64,000 bases of DNA from Haplodiscus bocki (Eukaryota), in assembly GCA_965655095.1 (NCBI GenBank), contig OZ296652.1:74896001-74960000 (forward strand). The letters run 5' to 3'. Shown here in pieces: positions 60,764 to 64,000 of the stretch (its first letter is position 1; every line of letters starts with the position of its first letter). A program made the position numbers and the translations under genes. The notes beneath the pieces are model-generated. The model saw only the letters and a program-made list of their open reading frames with translations. It had not been told where the DNA came from and ran no database searches.

Positions 60764-63299
60764 GCCACAACCGGCAATACCACAGTGCAGCTCCAACGCG
60801 TTGAAACCCTTCATATTTTCCCCTAGCATCCGTATCGTTGAGCAATGAAATCAGAAAGTCACCAAGTCGACTGCAGAGTACCTCATATCAAATTAACCTA
60901 CAAGAAGGAAAGTTTAGCGAGTTTCCGCATTTTGCGAATTTCTCAAATCATGGGTCAAATAAGTATCTACCATAAATAATACTTTTTATTGAATCACTTC
61001 AACTTCTGATGCATTGACTTTTTACCATGCCAGGTAACCGCCATCAAAGGTTGTGTCTTTTGGTAATTTGATTTGGTTCTTTAATAGCGTGATTTGTTCT
61101 AATTTTTGTCAAAAACTGACAAAAACCAAGTTATGGCGGCCCTACATGTTTGAAATGCTTGTATAGCCGTTGAAAGACGACCTAGCGCTCATCTGTTAAT
61201 GTTGAATGAATCACTCTCCATTTCACTTCGTGCATACTTGACGAATCTTTGTTTTGACAAAATCAAATCCATGCGCTGCCAGAAGTCATTTAATTATGAT
61301 AATTAATTGCGCTCAAGTGACTTTTAACAGCAGTACAATAGCGGAGACACCAGAAAGTAGCACACTTGTCATGTTTTTGGATCAGTACTACAATCAGCAC
61401 TTACACGTGTAATTCTAATGTAACTTACTTGTCAATTGTATAGATGATATTCCACTTAATTACAAGAACGACTTTGTTTTTTCAGTAGTACCTTTTCACC
61501 AAGCATGTTCTTTTGTTTTCATTCTCTCCTTTTGTCTAAAAAATAATTCTCATCGGTTGCTTTTCTCTTTAAAAAAGTGAAAAATTTGGTTGAGTTTTCT
61601 ATTTCCATTTCATATAATTTGTTTAGCGGCAAAATCTGACCAATAGAAAATGAGTATAAGCGCAACGCTCAGATCTGCTTACAATTTGTTCGATTAAAAT
61701 ACTATCTAAAGACTAGTAAGCAACCAATCGATATTTCAAGAGTAATAAACTTGTCTTCAGATCGGATCAGAATTCTAAGTCGAAGGTATCACACCACTCG
61801 TAGCCTCTCATTTTTCAAAGCCACGAGTTTTCACGCTACAATCCTCTAGCTTTTTGTAAACATCATCTATCAATAACTGTAGCTTTTTACTGGAAGCAAG
61901 TTGCAAGCTGCAGGTCAGTTCCTGTATTTTATTTCAAGTTCTTTTAATTTGACTCAATTCCCCAACCGTTTTTTGGAACGACATCGAAATTCGAAAACAA
62001 TACAGCGAAATTTGAGTTTAACTTGTTTTGTACTTTACTTTCACTTGCGTGATCTGAACGTGAAATTTCAAAGCAACAGATTTTATTCCAAATTTGGACT
62101 GATGTGAAAATTTGGCCATCTTTTCATCATCTCTGAGCTGAAGCAACTGGTACACGAGTTATCGCATTTTTTATTCCCATCTTCCTACTGGAGAGACGAG
62201 ATTGCGCGTGCCAGTAACAGTTGCTACTCCGTCTAGCCTTGCCTACCTGCGTCGTTCTATCCTTTTTACTTTATTTCCTAGTGACACCTGAGACAATCAA
62301 TATTGCAGCACGGGGCAGCAAATTCTACCAGAAATTATTCCTCATTTCTTTTTAGGGCGGGGCACCGGACTTGTCTTTTGAAGTTGAATTCATTTCATTC
62401 TACAAAAATTGAGTTGAGAGAGCTGAATTTACTCTAAATTGATAATAACCCATCCTTTTTGATTATTCACAACTTGTTCACAATTTTGCCGTTGTGGGAC
62501 AAGTTTAATTGCAAATTTGCAAAGTGCTTTTCAACTTTTGGCTCAGAACCCCTAAGAAGCAAACCCTTGTCCTTCTTCATTCTTCAAATCAATCAAGGCC
62601 GTGTCTACATCGTAATAAGCCCCCCGAAAGTCTGTTACAAGTCAGTCGCTTCTTCAATACAAACGCGACTTTCGCCAGCTAGAAAAACAACTTTTTCCTG
62701 AATCAACTCCTTCCAATTTCTTTCTCAATATTTCAACATGACCGTCATTTTGTGGATAGCTGCTCTGGTCCATTTTGTAATCCCCATATGCCTCGCTGAC
62801 ACAGGTTAATTTTTATTTCATGCCAATTTCATATGTGAAAGAGAATTTTATCTAAAAAACTTTGGAGCATTTGAATTTGACCTCGGAGGTACAACAACGT
62901 CTAGTGTGAAGTAGAAACTGAAAAACATAGTATTGGTCAGACTTTTTTCGAGAAACATTTTCGAACAGATATCGACAAAAAGTCCTGACTAAACTTCAGT
63001 GCCTCTGCTACTGATTGGATTTTGATCGATCGATTTTTTTAGAAAAAAAACAAGTACTCTGCGGTCATCCACCATTTACTGTCTGAGCCTCAAAAATGGC
63101 AACCCCCTCTGATTTTGATCCCCATCTGGTATTGATTTTCGAATTAGTTGAAATGTAGAAATCGTTTGGCAGTTTTATGTTCACAATTGCAATTTGGGTT
63201 GTCTGTGACTCACTAAGTCAACGCTTTCCCGAACTCAACTCATACAAATGTTAGTGGAAATTCCAAATTTCGGACGAATGAAGCTTATGAATCTGGAAT

Positions 63300-63900
63300 T
63301 TTTTTGGACCCTCTCCTCATTAGAATCCCTCTCTTCAGTGTTAGCAACTTTCAGTCGAACCCCCTCTAAGCATAACCCCAATTATTAATAGGAACTGCAG
63401 GGTAGCTACTTATAACGTCTGTATTAGTAATCGCGGAAATTTCAAATTGGCACCGTTGTCAAATAGATAGTTATGAAACTATTATACTGAAATCTATCAA
63501 AATACGCGGTAGGCTTGGGGAAACTGATTGCAGGGCAATTTCTTTTCAAACCGCTACATAAAGGGCTTGTGCAGCGTAAGAAATTTTTTTTGAAGAATTT
63601 TGACTAAATTACTTAACTTTTGAGAGAAGCGCTGCCGAATTATTTGGTTGATAGCTTTTGAATCCAATTGGAGAGTTGTTTTCAGAGATGGTTTTTAATG
63701 CCCAAATCAAGTGTTTTCCAAATATCACTTGTTCACTAAATGCATGGAGATAATGGGTCACTTAGGGGAAGCGATGCTGTTCCGTCGTCGAATCGTGTTA
63801 GCGTCTCAAAATGAAAGGAACCCGGGAAATGTCCAAGTTGATGCCACCAGTAGACTGAATAAACTTCATCGTGGAGTCTTTGAAAAGTTTTGGGATTTTC
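63300..63900 (-). pseudogene. Possible very old retroelement integrase relic
   Basis: Minus-strand peptides QLGHFPG (~63835) and FDNGAN (~63460) are in integrase order and plausible spacing; otherwise unreadable. Confidence 0.25.
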
Positions 63901-64000
63901 CAAAGAAAATTCGATATAACAAAGGAGACTCCTTTTTTTGGTGCAAAATACTTCTTCATAGGGCTGAAAATTATCGGTTGGGGGGATTTTTGGTGTTTTG

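Noticed and set aside
60880-63300. Possible host gene in the right flank
   Set aside because: Only short ORFs with no recognisable motifs; cannot be supported.

Overview
Repeat-saturated eukaryotic (animal-like) genomic DNA with a 200-N gap and no host gene I can recognise. All assignments come from motif recognition and manual alignment; no searches were run. (1) 1-~5250: one end of a fairly intact, very AT-rich Polinton-like/virophage-like endogenous virus. It encodes an adenain-type protease, a penton-like gene, a fibre-motif protein and an HTH protein, all seven genes start at TAAATG, and it ends in tiers of tandem repeats. (2) ~5257-14900: a different, heavily decayed Polinton/Maverick with protein-primed PolB and packaging ATPase relics. 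(3) 15402-17123: a solo LTR with a perfect 5-bp TSD. (4) ~17855-18655: a tRNA-headed repeat with ~120-bp tandem units. (5) ~20008-29628: an internally deleted Ty3/Gypsy element (C) with extra ORFs and a chuvirus-like envelope glycoprotein. (6) Two related decayed Gypsy elements, A (minus, ~33523-42790) and B (plus, 44301-60763). The most unusual system is this A/B family. Gag starts inside the LTR and reads through the PBS. Downstream of integrase both elements carry an antisense, intron-containing gene derived from a hAT/BED-finger transposase, with a conserved intron position. In B a sense ORF also crosses the PPT and ends inside U3. Element B shows two apparent ectopic gene-conversion scars.
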